The translations under genes and the position numbers were made by a program. From the NCBI RefSeq assembly GCF_009914755.1, contig NC_060936.1: a stretch of DNA of 64,000 nt; one strand, written 5' to 3'. The notes below the pieces were generated by a model, which ran no database searches, had not been told where the DNA came from, and was given only the letters and a program-made list of their open reading frames with translations. The stretch comes from the human T2T-CHM13v2.0 reference genome, Homo sapiens. Positions 42,633-59,932 of the stretch are shown in pieces. Position 1 is the first letter of the stretch; each line of letters starts with the position of its first letter.

Positions 42633-43115
42633 AGTGATAACATCAATATAATATTGTGTTACTGCTTTGATCTGCTAAAATGGTAAGTGATATAATCAAT
42701 TTTATATTTTTGAGTTTTCTTTCCAGTTGTTGCACGTAGCAACAAAGAAAAGAAACAGGTTAATTGTAAAAGCCTTTGTCCTCTTCTTCACCCCATTACA
42801 GACACCTTCCTCTTTAGGGTGGGTGAGAAAAGAGGGAACTAAGTTTCTTTTTACCACCATATAACTGTATGACTCAACAAAGGTATTCAAGATTGGTATG
42901 GTATAGTAGAAAGAACAAGGAATTTGGACTCAGAGGTCCTGGGTTTCAGTTTCTCATTTATCTATCGAGACTTGAGTCAAGTAACTTTGCTAGCTATCAG
43001 TTTTTTCATCTGTAGAAGATGAAGACTAAGAAAACCTACCCGTTGGGTTGTCAGATGAATTATATAAAATTATATAAATTAAATGATTTAAGGCAGCTAA
43101 AAAGATGCATATTAG

Positions 43116-43462
<347 letters not shown>

Positions 43463-43665
43463 AAAATAAAATAAAAATATTTTAAAATGAGGTACACAAA
43501 AATAAAGTTAAGAAATTTAGATGGACTCAGCAATAAGGTTAATGTATAAAATATAGGCTATGTAGCCCTATACACTTGCTCTGACTGGACTGCAAATTTG
43601 AGTATAAACTTCTTAGCTGTCATCTCAAAGGGAGAAACATGGCAAGTCACCAAACAGTGTCCATC

Positions 43666-44371
43666 TGTTAAAAGGAAAACTTAAGACAAAATAAATTTGA
43701 CAGAGTTTATTTAAAGAAAATAATGATTAATGAATTGGGAAGCATCAAAACCAAAAAGTTTATGGGCTCAGCCTTAGCAGCCAAAGCAGGGAGGTGTTTG
43801 TTTGTTTGTTTTGCCACAACATGGAAACAAAGTAAAGAAATTACCTGATTGGCTACAGCTATGCATTGGCCTTATTTGGGTATGGTCTGATGGGAAGTCT
43901 CTAGTTATATATCCAATCAGCTGGTTGGCTGTTTGTGATTGGCAGAAGCTGGTGGGTTTTGTTTTTTTTTAAGTTAATTACAAGAACTGCTTCCACTTCA
44001 GTTTCAGTTTGCTTATATAAGAGCTCTAGGTGCAGAGACAACCTCAGGCTAATGGCCTCCTTCTTGTTTTTTTTTTTTGAGACTCAGTCTTGCTCTGTCA
44101 CCCAGGCTGGAGTGCAGTGGTGCGACCTCGGCTCATGCAACCTGGGTTCAAGCGATTCTCCTGCCTCAGTCCTCCGAGTAGCTGGGATTACAGGCACGGG
44201 CCACCACACCCAGCTAATTTTTGAAATTTTAGTAGAGATGTGTTTCACCATGTTGGCCAGGCTGGTCTTGAACTTCTAACCCCAAGTGATCCCTCCTCGG
44301 CCTCCCAAAGTGCTTGGATTACAGGTGTGAGGCACCGCATGGGCCTAATGGCTTCCTTATTTGCTTGAACA
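43666..44371. mobile_element. Solo LTR, probably ERV1 class, interrupted by an antisense AluS (about 44066-44345)
   Basis: TG...CA ends, 4-bp TSD CATC (43662-43665 and 44372-44375), and several CCAAT/ATTGG boxes at 43848-43942. Confidence 0.75.
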
Positions 44372-44399
44372 CATCCATAAAGTTAAAAACAAATTAACT

Positions 44400-44745
44400 T
44401 TTGTGATTCCTCAAAAAGTTCAACATAGAATTACCATATAATCTGCAATTCCACTTTGAAGTACATACCTAAAAAAAACGAAAACAGCTATTCAAACAGA
44501 TACTTATACACCAATGTTCATAGTAGCATTATTCACAATTACCAAAGGTGGAAACAACCAAAATGTTCATCAGTGGATGAATGGATAAATAAAAAGTGGC
44601 ACATTCATGCAATGAAATATATTATTCAGCCATAAAATAGCACCACTGCACTCCAGCCTGGGTGACAGAGCAAGACTTTGTCTCAAAAATAAAATAATAT
44701 AAAACAATTAATGTTATGTTATATGAATGTCATTTCAGTAAAAAT
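44400..44745 (+). mobile_element. L1M 3' fragment with a short Alu 3' piece (44640-44705)
   Basis: atagaattaccatat...aatgttcatagtagcattattcacaa; caccactgcactccagcctgggtgacagagcaagac plus an A-rich tail. Confidence 0.75.
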
Positions 44746-45556
44746 TAAAACAACAACAAATGAGTTGCTCTGGAAAAACACAACTATTTCTAATAATGAG
44801 ACCAGAAAGGACATTCTTTAATGAAATGAACTCTCAGCAATATATTTATTTGAACAAAATGTTGCGTTCATATCATTCTTCAATATAAACTGATGTCAAG
44901 GCTAAAAGGGTGACATGGTGAAAGGTATTCTATTGGGAACAGGGTGGGTAGGGAAAGAGAGTAGGAGGAACAGCGTGTTAGTAATGTGGCCCAAGCTACA
45001 TTGGTCTCTCATAAGGAGGCTTAAGGCAGAAATGAAATTAAAAGCACCTCAAAGAAGAGTTGGACCAGAATCCATCAAAATTGTTTCCCTCAGATTTTTG
45101 GAAGTTATGGAGCAGGACTGAGTTTGAGATTGCACTCCCTGTCAAGTATCTGGGTACAGTCAAGAATAGAGCCTCATACTTTAAGTGTTAGCCAGTCTGG
45201 AAGCAGGAGCAAGATCCACTAGCAAATGAGGAGAATGTTGGAAGTGAGCAGTGACAGTGTTGAGGCAGTGAAGGTTCTCCTGAAAAAGCGTTGGGTCTTC
45301 TCAAACACCAAACAAAGGGTAATTATAAACCCATATAGTTCCATGAAATAAATCATGCTCTAGTATCTTCAGAGAGGAAAGGTTTCTTGTAGATCAAACA
45401 AGGTCATGTATATGAAAGTTCTTTGAAAAGTATAAAGTAGTATATCAATCATAGTTGTCGTTATTATTAATATCTGATAATACCTAACTTGTAAACAAAA
45501 TATTTGAACAACATTTTCACATACAGTGTTCGTTCATCATTCTCAACAAATATTGA

Positions 45557-46124
<568 letters not shown>

Positions 46125-46860
46125 TAATTGGACTTACTTAATGCCTTGAGGGAAGTTTGACCATTTCCATTTTTGTCTATGGAGTAGCATTTTCTTTAAC
46201 TGCTATTACATAGAGTTCTCAGGAGCCATGCTACTGAAATGGCTGCACACAATGCTTAGCTTTATATTATTGACTAACATTTATTGAGTGCACACTGTGT
46301 TACGTATGGTACTAGGCATTATGCAGATACATATAGTTTTATTTACTCCTTAAAACAGCCTTCTGAGGAATTTTTATCATCCGTCTTCTGTTTGTACAGA
46401 AACTAAAGCTCGGAAAGATGAATTAACTTGCCCAAAGTCACAGGCAGAAACATAACTGGTTCAACAGTCCTTATAGGAGGTCACTTAAAGGTTCATGAAA
46501 ATCAGAGGCTGAGCCAACAGAGCTCTATGATTCCTATCAGAGGAGCCAGTATGGCATAAAGCAAATGTTGAACCAAGAATCAAAGTAAGAGACAGGGCTG
46601 GGTCCATATCTAGTTTTGTTTAACTCCAAAGCTCACAGCTTAACCACTCTGCTACATGGAGACACAAGTCCACTAAGTTTATAATAATTTTAGTTCCCAC
46701 CCAGATAATTATGGCAATAAAATCTGGGTCATCATCATCATAGCCACTATAGTTTACTGTTCAAAACTCTCTTATAAGTGCATAACAGTCATAGATTCAG
46801 GAACATTTATAAATCTTAAAGTCTCAATGATAGAGGACAAGGAAGTGTCCTCCACAGAAA

Positions 46861-47193
<333 letters not shown>

Positions 47194-48229
47194 GTATTTA
47201 TGCTTTTGACTAACGTTTTTCTGTACAGGTGTATAGGGTAATGTAATAGGTAAAATAACTCATTCAACAACAAAAAATTATTGTAGTATTTTGTAGCTAC
47301 TAGGATTGAAGTACTAAAGAATTGTCTGTCTGCCAAGGTTTGGGGAAATAGGAAAATGGGACAAGATCTTCACCACATGGGGCACATTTCACCTCTCTGG
47401 GATTCATTTCCTATTCTGTAAATGGCAGAGTTGGGGTTCCAGGTCTTGTCCTTGTTTTTTTGACTTTGTGTGAAGGTTTCTCCACCTCACCTGGCACTAG
47501 TCTTATTTCAAAATATTCATCTCATACTATCCTCTCTTTGCAATTCTTTAATTCATTCAACAAATATTTATTGAGCTTCTACTAGTATTGTGAGTAACAG
47601 AAGCAAGGTTCCTCCACACATGGAGCTTATTATAGTCCAAAAGGATAGGACAATAAATAATTTTGAAAGTAAACAAATATTTATTAATAACTGATAAATA
47701 ACTATTGGTTGGAAAGGTGCTAAGAAGGAAATAAATAGGATCATGTGTTATGTCTCTGAGAGTCTTAGAATGAAGCAGACAAGCTCTTTCACTTTCAAGT
47801 GCTGACGTAGTAAAGTCATTAGGTTTCAAAAAAGGAAAAAAAGATAATATCTTACAATTAACTAATGAATGAACAGCCATTACGCTAGAAGAAAATTGTA
47901 TTGTGATTGGTGTACTCCGTATCTTCTCAGAATGAGAGAGGTGAGGCTTCTCAAAAAGAGCAGCGAGAGAAAGTCACTTAAAAATTTTTTTTTTTTGGTA
48001 GGTCAAGCTAAAGACGAACTGAAAATAGACAACCTGAAGTCAGACGGGAAAGCTGCCAATCTAGTCTGGCCAGCAGAATTTCTTTCAGTAGGTCTAGGCT
48101 CCCTCGGCATTGGGAATCCAGATGTAAAGAAAACTTACGCCATAAACTTCAAGGTAGATTTCAGTTATTACTGCCCGGTGGCAGGAACCTAGGAAGGTGA
48201 GGTCAAGGTGTGGTTTAGTAAGAGACAGC

Positions 48230-50048
<1,819 letters not shown>

Positions 50049-51648
50049 TAAATCCTGTGGGTAAGGTAACAAAGAGAATGTTGTTAGTGGTCCGCTTTAG
50101 CCGCGCTTAGCGTTTTACATGAAGTGACTTACCTGCAAGAATATGGTTTAACAGCAAAAACGCAACAGTGCGTGCATGTGTCATCTTTCTTAAAGAACAC
50201 CATTATCGAAATGATGTCATATGGCTGGTTTTAAAAGTTTTCTGCATGATGTATTGTGAAATTCAAAACAATTTTTAAAAGAATATTATAAGCTTGTTAG
50301 TAAAACTCATTTGTATATGTGACAATTCTCTTTTAGCCCTGAAAGACTATTTGCGCAGATGCCAGTTACTTAACAAATTTGAAGTATTAGGATAAGGCAC
50401 ATTATAAATGTAGTGTTTTTCCAAATTGAGTTGTGATTCTAATAGGCAATGTAATAGCTCTTGAAATTCGAATTATTTTATAATATTAACTGTATGCATA
50501 AATTCGGATTAAATATTTTGTGGTATTAACTGTATGTATAATTTCTTTATAGTGAATGAATATAAAAAAGCAGCAAGGCACACCTCTTAATTTATTTCCC
50601 AGCCCAAAGCACTTTCCCTATCATCTGTACAAAAAGTAGTGGTAGGGCAGTGCAGGAGCTTGCAGTCAGATTTCCTTGGATTGGTTTCCAGGTCCTACTA
50701 TTTACTTGCTAAATGACTGTAGGCAGGTGTGTTCATTGTCATAATCAAAGTATCTCTGCCCTTAAACACAAAAAGAAGATGAATACAGACCATTTTGTGT
50801 TCTCTGAAGGAAATAAAGATGAGTAATTGGCGTACACAACTTTATTTTTTTTCCTTTTTTAAAAAAATTTACCAGACTACACTGACGTAGGTGTACACTA
50901 CTTTAGATTGAACGGAGGAGGTACTATTTGAGGTGAGACCTGAAGCAGAAGGAGACAGCCTTGTGGAGAAACAGTAGACCATTCTGAGCAGAGATTAAGG
51001 CCTTGAGTTGAGCAAGAGCCTTCTTGTAGGTTAGAGTGGTTAAGCACCTTGAGCAAAGGGGAGAGAGTCAGAGTTAAAGCTTCTGAACTTTCCTAATCTA
51101 TAAGATGAGGCCTCTATTGACTAGAATGTTTGTGAAGATTAAAAGAGAAAGTAAATTAGGACAAAATGGACTTCTGAATACATAATTTCTCAGTGTTAGG
51201 TCCCTCTCTGCATTCTCCCTGAAGGCTTCCTACTCTTTTCACCCAAGATGAATTCACTGTATTTTTATTTGTATTTATAAAATTGGCTTATTAGTTTTAT
51301 TTCAAAATAGAGTGAAAGATGCAGTTAGCCAACTCAGATAAAGAGTAGGAGTCAAAATAATGTAAGCTTAGATTTAGATATAGCCAATTCCGAGACAGTC
51401 AAATAATAGATTTTTACTCTGTTGCTTAATTACAGGGGTTGAAACAAGAATGAAATTCAGCTCTCACTTTAGTTTATTCCCTGGGAGCATGAGTGTATTG
51501 TGTCCTGCCCCAAATATTTGGGAGAAAAAAAATAAGGGCACACTAGAAGTTAAACAAGTAAAAGTTCACATAAATTAAATGACATTACCTATCAGCAGTA
51601 GCTATCTGCATCTGTGTCTCTAACAACTATAAGATCTGGCCTTTTTCT

Positions 51649-51859
<211 letters not shown>

Positions 51860-53599
51860 AGATCTGGCCATTTTCTAAGAGCTAATTGCTTTACACCTAT
51901 TGTACCATCTAATCTTCCCAGCAACTCACAGAAGCAGGTGGTGGTATCCTCATTTTTGGATGAGGATGATACTAAGTTAAGAAATGCACTGAGTGTTGAA
52001 CAGTTAGTAGTAGGGCTAAGATTTGGTTTCAGATTTTATTTCCAACTAGAAAGACCATTTTAACACTGTTTTGGTTATTGTTTGTAGAGAGCTTTCTAAA
52101 TAAGTGGGTACCTTTATTATGATTAAGAAAGTAATTGACTATTTGGTAGGATTTCATACAGAATTATTGATAAGCACAATTCTCAGTTAAGGTGACTTTC
52201 ACATCTTTCTCATCAGTGTTAAGATGAATGACTAATGTGGTGTACTAAAAGTTCAGGTAGAATAGGATAGGAATGCTAGGATTTTGGTACTCTTCACCTT
52301 CACTGATAAGGAAGGAAGGAAATTATATTTACATTTTAGTAAATGGTAAATGTGAAGTAATCTGGGCGTTGGAAAGAACAATGGCTAAGAAGTAGAGGAT
52401 CTAGGTTCTAGGACTTGTCTGAATGACTGTGGTCAAGCTCCTTAATCTCTGAGCCTCATTTTTATATACTAAATGGAAGTAATAATATCTGCTGTCTCTG
52501 GGTTTGTTTGTGAGGGTCAGGTGAGACAGTGTGTTAAACATAAGGTGGTATTATTCAGAAATTTGGACAAAATTTGTTGTATTCCTGGTAAACTACAGTA
52601 TATCTAGAGAGATAAATAGTTAAGACATTTCTATAAATGACATAGTATAGTGCATTTCTTAACCTAACATTTGATTTTTATCCCATTAAATATACATTAT
52701 AGAAATTAATACAGAAATTTGAATCAAAGTATAATGAATCCTTAAATGTATGATACACTTGATGTATTGTATGTCTACCCTGTGGAAAGAAGTGCCTGCT
52801 AACTTCAGTTAGTCTGCACACCTAACAGTGTTAGGGTATCAAGAGTGAATAATATTTTCACTCCATATATATATACACACACATACATACACGTATTCCA
52901 TATCCTTTGTTATATTATGATGCTTTAACTGTAGAGTTCATTGGTCAAATAGTATGCTTAGGGAAATACGTTTACTTTGAGTAATAGTTTTCACCAGAAG
53001 ATTGTAGGTTATATGTGAGAGTAACTTTTAGGAGGCTTTTATTATTTAAATTACATATAACATATAGTAGATTAGTCTTTTAAATTGTTCTTAATCATAT
53101 AGTCTTTGAAACTTTTTCATCAATGCCCTATTTTTTTATTAATTAAATTGCTATAAGTCTCTTCTTCCTCATCTATAAAACTAGGGGGTTGGATTAGATG
53201 ATCCCTAAGCTCTTTCCAGCTCCAAGATTTAAGATTTTAACTTTGAACTGCCATACCAAAACAACTCAAGGATCAACCTGCAATCAGAGTAGTCGCTTGT
53301 TCCACAGGTGATTAGATCATTATAGCCCACCAAACGAAAATAGAGAAGCAGAATAGATTGACTGTCCTAGGCTCGTATGATCATTATTAATTTTTTTTTC
53401 AATTACAAAAGACATGACTTCTGCAGAAAGTTTGAATAGAGATGAAGGAAACAGTGAATGGTTATTGTATGCCTCTCTTCCTAGCCTCATGCTGCCCCCA
53501 TATAAATAAGTTCAAGTATTAGATCCTTTCTGACCTTTCTTAGTATTTTTCATGTAAATACATCTCTGTGTGTGTGTGTGTATGTGTGTGTGTACAGAT

Positions 53600-55800
53600 T
53601 TTCATTCAACAGCAGAGTGTCTACTATGTGCCCGGTATTATTTTAAGCAGCAGGGATATGTGGTGAACAATATGTTGCATATGTGGAAGATGAAATCTCT
53701 GTTACAGAGCTTACATTTCTAGGAGGGGAATGGACAAGTAAATAAGAATTTCACATAATGGTAGTTGCTAACACAAGGTATTGCTGGTAACTTTTGGGGG
53801 CTGAGGTGAAGAGATATGCAATATTACATAAAGGTAGGCAGACCTCTCTGAGGAAGGATGTTTGAACTGAGATATGAATGACTTGAGGGAACTAGCCTTT
53901 GATCAGGAGAAGAGCATTCTGGCAGAAGTATCAGCAAGTGCAGAATTCCTGAGGCAAAAACAGGCTTGTGTGTTGAAGGACCAAAAAGAATGGCCAGTGT
54001 TGCTGGGACATAATGAATGAAGGGGAAAATGGCATACCATGAAGTTAAAGGTAGGTATGGGCCAGATCATAAAGACCTAAACGCCTTGAGGGCCGTTGAA
54101 AGGAGTCAGAATTTTAAGTGATATTATAGCATACATATTCTGCAACTTGTTTTTTGTATCATGGGTAACTTTTCCATATACTAATTTTAAGTACAGAGGT
54201 ATAATTTTAAAATCTCATTTTCCACTAGTCCCTTTCTCATCCTATAAAAATACTAAAATCTCTACCATTCTAAAAATGTTGCTCTTCTGTGCTCTTTTCT
54301 TCTCTAGTTGTTACTCTTCTCAAACTTTCTGCCTCTATTTTCTTCCCTGCCATTCACTCAACCCTGTCTAGTTTAGCTTTCTTTACCAGCCATTCCTCTG
54401 CTACCTCTCTTCTTCAAGTCACCAGTTACTCAATTTTCAAATCCTCATCTCTTTGGTACATTTAGTGCATTGACAACTCCCTTCTTCATGAAACTTTCTC
54501 CTTTCTAAGCTTCTGTATCACTACTCTCTCCTAGTTTTCATACTTCTGTCTGCCTGTTTTAAATATTGGTGGTCTCCACAACTTGATCTTTGGCTGTCTC
54601 CTTTTGCACACATTTCTCTAGGAAGTTTCATTCACTCTCCTTGTCATTATCTTCCAGTTTTGTATTTTTACCTTGGATTTCTCCTGAGATCTAGGTATAC
54701 CTATTTGTTTACTAGACATCTTTTGGGTATACTAGAAGTATGTACCAATACCATCTGACATTTTCTTTATATTTACCTTGTTTTTGCTCCTCCTCCCTGT
54801 TTAGTTAATGGTGCTTCCATCCACCCAGACAGAGCTCAAGAGAGAAACCTTGGATTTACCTAGATTCTTTCCTTTCCCTCACCTTCCTACAAACCCCCAA
54901 CCTAATTGGATACCAAGTCCTGTAGTTCTGTTTCCTCTATATCTTTTGAATCAATCTTTTTCTGTCCCTCGCCACTGTTCTAGGTTAGTCTCTTGCCTGA
55001 ACTCTTTCAGTAACCTAAAATGGTGTCCCTGCTTCTAGGCTGTAGCTCTTCCAGTCCATTTGTCAGTACAGAGCAGCGTTTCTAAAGCACAAATGTGATC
55101 ATTCCCTCTTGCTTAAAATTACACAATGGCTTTCTCTTAGTTATTGGCCAAAATCTAAACTCGTTGGCTAAACTGTTCATGATCTGACTATGCTTGCCCT
55201 TTCTACCAGTCTCCCTTATCACACTTACTTTCTAGAAAACTGAACTGTTTGCTGTTTTCTGAGTAAGTCATGAAATTTGTGCTTTTCTACCTTTGCACAG
55301 GTTATCCCCTTTTTTGGGAATGTTTCTTTATTTTGTAACTGTGATTCATTCTTAAACATGTCATCTCCAGATATCTCTGACTCTCCATCTTTTTACCCTA
55401 GAGTTTGGCCCATCATTTTGTGCTCAAATAAGACATTAATTGCATCCTTCATAGTATTTAGGACAAAGTATTATATTTGTGTGTCCACCATGCCAAATAG
55501 ATGACAGCTCCTTTCTTTAGAGTAATATTTCTATAGGAGTAGAATACAGTGTTAAAGAGTACAAACTTTTTACTCAGTTCTGATTTTGGCTCTACTTTTT
55601 AAAGTAGACTATACTAGAGATATAATTGCCTCATACTAAAAATGAGATTGATAATACTATCTGAGGATGACTTGTATTAAGTGAGATAATGCATCTAAAC
55701 TAGTGTTGTCTGGCACATGGAAATCTCTTAGTAGATGGAAGTCACATTAGTATCTTCAGCACAGATTCATTATTCAGCAAATATCTGTTGAATAAATGAT
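53600..55800. mobile_element. Cluster of L2 fragments (both orientations) with a MIR piece
   Basis: ttcattcaacag...ctactatgtgccc (antisense 3' end) and sense L2-like sequence ending ttcagcaaatatctgttgaataaatga. Confidence 0.6.
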
Positions 55801-56762
55801 CACATATCAGGTACTCAGGATATATGCACTGTTAACTGGTAGTATCTAACTCGGTAATTGGTTATCTACTTAGTATCTGGTAAGGATATATAAAAGAAAT
55901 CTTATTTCTGTAGAAGCCTCCACACCACTAATAACAGTAATAGGAAATGGCTAAGAAACATACAGGATATTATGTGGTTACACACTTTTATAAAAGGGGA
56001 GAATTCACTGTAAATTCTCAAATGATCAGTCTTACATGATCAAAAGTTCTAAATTCAACATTTGGATTTTATTCTGTAGGTTGAGTAATGGCAATTCATG
56101 GAGGTTATAAAGCAGAGGACAAGCATGATCGAATTGGTCCTTTAAGAAGGATAAACAGGTGATGGTTTAGACAGTGATAGGGTTGGAGGGAAGGAGTAGG
56201 GTGATGACACCTGAAGGAGGTGGATAAGTGGGAATGGAGTTGGGCCTATGAATGAAATTCATTTGAAGAAAGACATATGGTTTTGAGTATAGAGAATAAG
56301 AGACAGATAGGAGTCAAAGATTATTCTGGCCATGAGCCTGGATGACTGAGAGAATGATAATATCATTGGAGGAATTAGAGATGTGGAAGAGGGATCTTGT
56401 TTGGGGAAAAGTGGTCTAGGGAAAATGAGTTTACTTGGGGCTTATTATTTGAGTTGTTCAAGTGAAAAATTCTTGTAGGCTCTTATAGATACAGAATTGG
56501 AGTAAAGATGAGAGACTGGTGCTGAATGTGAGTACTAGTACTGTTTACTAAGGGAATACTTTTAAATGTTTGTTTTTTTAATGTGTTGTTTTTTTCTTTA
56601 AAATCAAGACCAGTTGTTACAAAGAAGTAACATGTTTTAATGTCATTGTCGTTTAAAAAATATTTTTACTTCTTAAAGTAGACTAGCCAAAAGGTCCCGA
56701 ACTTGGTATCTAAAATGAATATGGGGAATAAGGATTTTGAAAAATAGCTGTTGCTCTCATTC

Positions 56763-57067
56763 TTTTTTTTTTTTTTTCAATATGAGACAGGGTCTTGCTG
56801 TGTCACCCAGGTTGGATTGCAGTGGTGTGATCATGGCTTACTGCAGCCTCAACCTCCCAGGACTCAAGCAATCCTCACAGCTCAGCCTCCTGAGTAGCTG
56901 GGACTATAGATCTGCATCACCACATCTGGCAAATTTTTTGTATTTTTTGTTGAGACAGGATCTCACTTTGTTGTCCAGGCTGGTCTTGAACTCCTGGGCT
57001 CAAGCGATCCTGTCACCTTCGCCTCCCAAAGTGCTGAGATTACAGGTGTCAGCCATAGCAGCTGGCC
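56763..57067 (-). mobile_element. AluJ-type SINE
   Basis: Antisense dimer; flanking CTCTCATTCTT repeats. Confidence 0.9.
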
Positions 57068-58543
57068 TATTCTCTCATTCTTGAAGAATGAAAGCTCCAT
57101 GTTATGTTTGAAGTTTTACGAGTTGACTGCTTTGTAAGAAAAAAAAAAAAATCCTAGATCTATGAGAATATTCCCGTGAATGCCAGGGATTTGCATATAC
57201 CAGTTTGATGATTTCAGAAATTAAAGTCTACTCTATGAAAATGTTTTTCATTTGAAAATTTTCCCTAGAATGATTTAAATTAAAAATAATGAGGAAAAAC
57301 TTGTGAATCTCTACAGATATATCCGCGGAGACTAGTTTGAGGATACACTGGCATAGCTATCAGAGAACCTGGGCTTCAATATTGGCCCTTCCACTTACTA
57401 GCTTTTTTTCACTAAGGCAAGTTGCTTAGCCATTGTAAACCTCAATATCCTCATATGAAAAATAGGTTAAATGAGAATGAAGTAATGTGTGTAAAGTAAA
57501 ACTCATACATGGCACATAGTAATAATAATAACTAACCCTTACGTAGCATTAACTGTGTTCCAGGCACTGAGCTAAACAATTATTATTTAATCCTTATGAG
57601 GTAGGTACTTATCCCATTTTATAAGTAAATGGAGACACTGAGAAGTAACTCGCCCAGGGTCATGTAGCTAGTAAGTGAAGCGGCAGTATTTGAACTCAGA
57701 CAGTGGCTCTTAACTGTTCTTCTAGATTGCCTTTTAATATGTATAAATAAGGACTTGATATATGTTCTCTACTATTATTGTCTTTATTTTCAGAAAACTG
57801 TGACAAGTATAGATTCATAAAATCCTAGAAGTGGCAGGAATAATCTATGAAACCTAACAACTTTAGGAAAAGTTGTATTCATTCAACAATTATGAATCAC
57901 ATGGAACTATTTATCCTTAAGGTTTTAGATTAATTAAGGGGGAGGGGGCATCTGCTATGAAGCAAACTATAATATATAATACATAGAACAATAATACAAT
58001 ATTAAAACTATTTCTAATTTTTAAAATATTTGCAGTCTCAAAACTGGTAGGGAAAGTGATCTTTTGATTTGTATTACCAATTACAACTTGTTCTTTCTGT
58101 TGTTCATTTTTAGGATATAAAGAACTTTTCATACATTTGATCTCCCTTTTTTGCTCCTTTTGAATAAACTTCATATTTTCCCTTTATACTCATATATGTT
58201 TTAATGGAAATGATGCATTTGATAATTTCAGGGACACTAAAATAATCATGAAAAATTATTTTCATGATTCCTAAGAGTTGGGAAGTTCTTAAAGCTTGCT
58301 TCTCCTTGCTCATTGATTATTCAATATTAACTTTCCCTATCTGAAAAATATGTTATATAAATGGAAATTTATAGCCTCAGTGCAAAGATAATTATATAGT
58401 TTGTAAGTTGTTTAAAAGAGAAGGACACCTTAAACTGTTGGAACTCTCCAAAATGTATTTGTTAATAAATAAGTACTACTAACTTGTTTGTGAAAATTTT
58501 ATTACTAATGATATAATCTAAATTCGAATGAAGATATATTCTA

Positions 58544-58704
58544 GGGGTGGGGAGAATATCAGGAAAAATAGCTAATGCATGCTGGGCTTAATACCTAGGT
58601 GATGGGTTGATAGGTGCAGCAAACTGCCATGGCACGCGTTTACCTATGTAACAAACCTGCACATCCTGCACATGTATCCCAGAACTTAAAATAACATTTT
58701 AAAA
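58544..58704 (+). mobile_element. Heavily 5'-truncated L1PA 3' end
   Basis: gctaatgcatgctgggcttaatacctaggtgatgggttgataggtgcagcaaac...cccagaacttaaa; TSD-like AAGAT(A/G)TATT(C/T)TA. Confidence 0.9.
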
Positions 58705-58816
58705 AAGATGTATTTTAATCTTGTATTGATTATACATTAAAAATTGCTGCCATTTAATATGGGAACATAGCTTAATACTAATTGTGGAAATTGTTATAAC
58801 AGTTATTTGCTTATAA

Positions 58817-59168
<352 letters not shown>

Positions 59169-59902
59169 TAACATAGATTTTAAAGTGAACCAGTAACAGT
59201 ATAGTTGAGCAGTAACCTTTGGATTTCACTGTTTTAATAATCTATGCTTTACACTGCATCAGTTTATATATTATATATTATATATATAGTTAATAATATT
59301 CTTTATTAACAATATTGCCAAAATTTTTTTAAACAAGAGTTTACCAGGAAGAAAATAAGTTAGGTTTTAATAATTTATTTTGCATGTTTAATATCATTAT
59401 TTAAAAAATATATTTCTTAGGAAATTAGCTCTTCAAAAAGGTTATAAAAGTTATAGTAACAGAGGTAATCTCTAAAAATAGAATAATGCATCTATCATAT
59501 GGAAGCCATCATGAATTACTTTTCATATGTCTTCATTTTCTTTTATGTCAAGGTATAGTTTAAAATTATACCACTTAATTTTTCCTGGGTGGTAGATTTA
59601 TTGCTCTGTGCTTTTGCACAGCTTTTTACTTAAAATGCTTTTGCAAGATGACTTCTGAATTCATCTTTACAGCTATGTTACTATCAAATGGCAAGCTAAA
59701 GTTTAAAAACAAGGCTTGGTTGTAAAACTATGCAAGAGTGTAGTTCAGCTCTCCTGAACTAATTGGGTAGTAAGTATGCACCAATTGCTGTTCTGCCCTG
59801 AATATGACATGAATAGAAAAAACCCTTTAGTAGCAAATGGATATTTTAGCACATAGCAGAAAATTAATTTTGTTTCTCAGTTAGCTCATATATATCTGAG
59901 TA

Positions 59903-59932
59903 TGTACACAAACACACACACACACACACACA
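59903..59932. repeat. (CA)n microsatellite
   Basis: tacacaaacacacacacacacacacaca. Confidence 0.85.
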
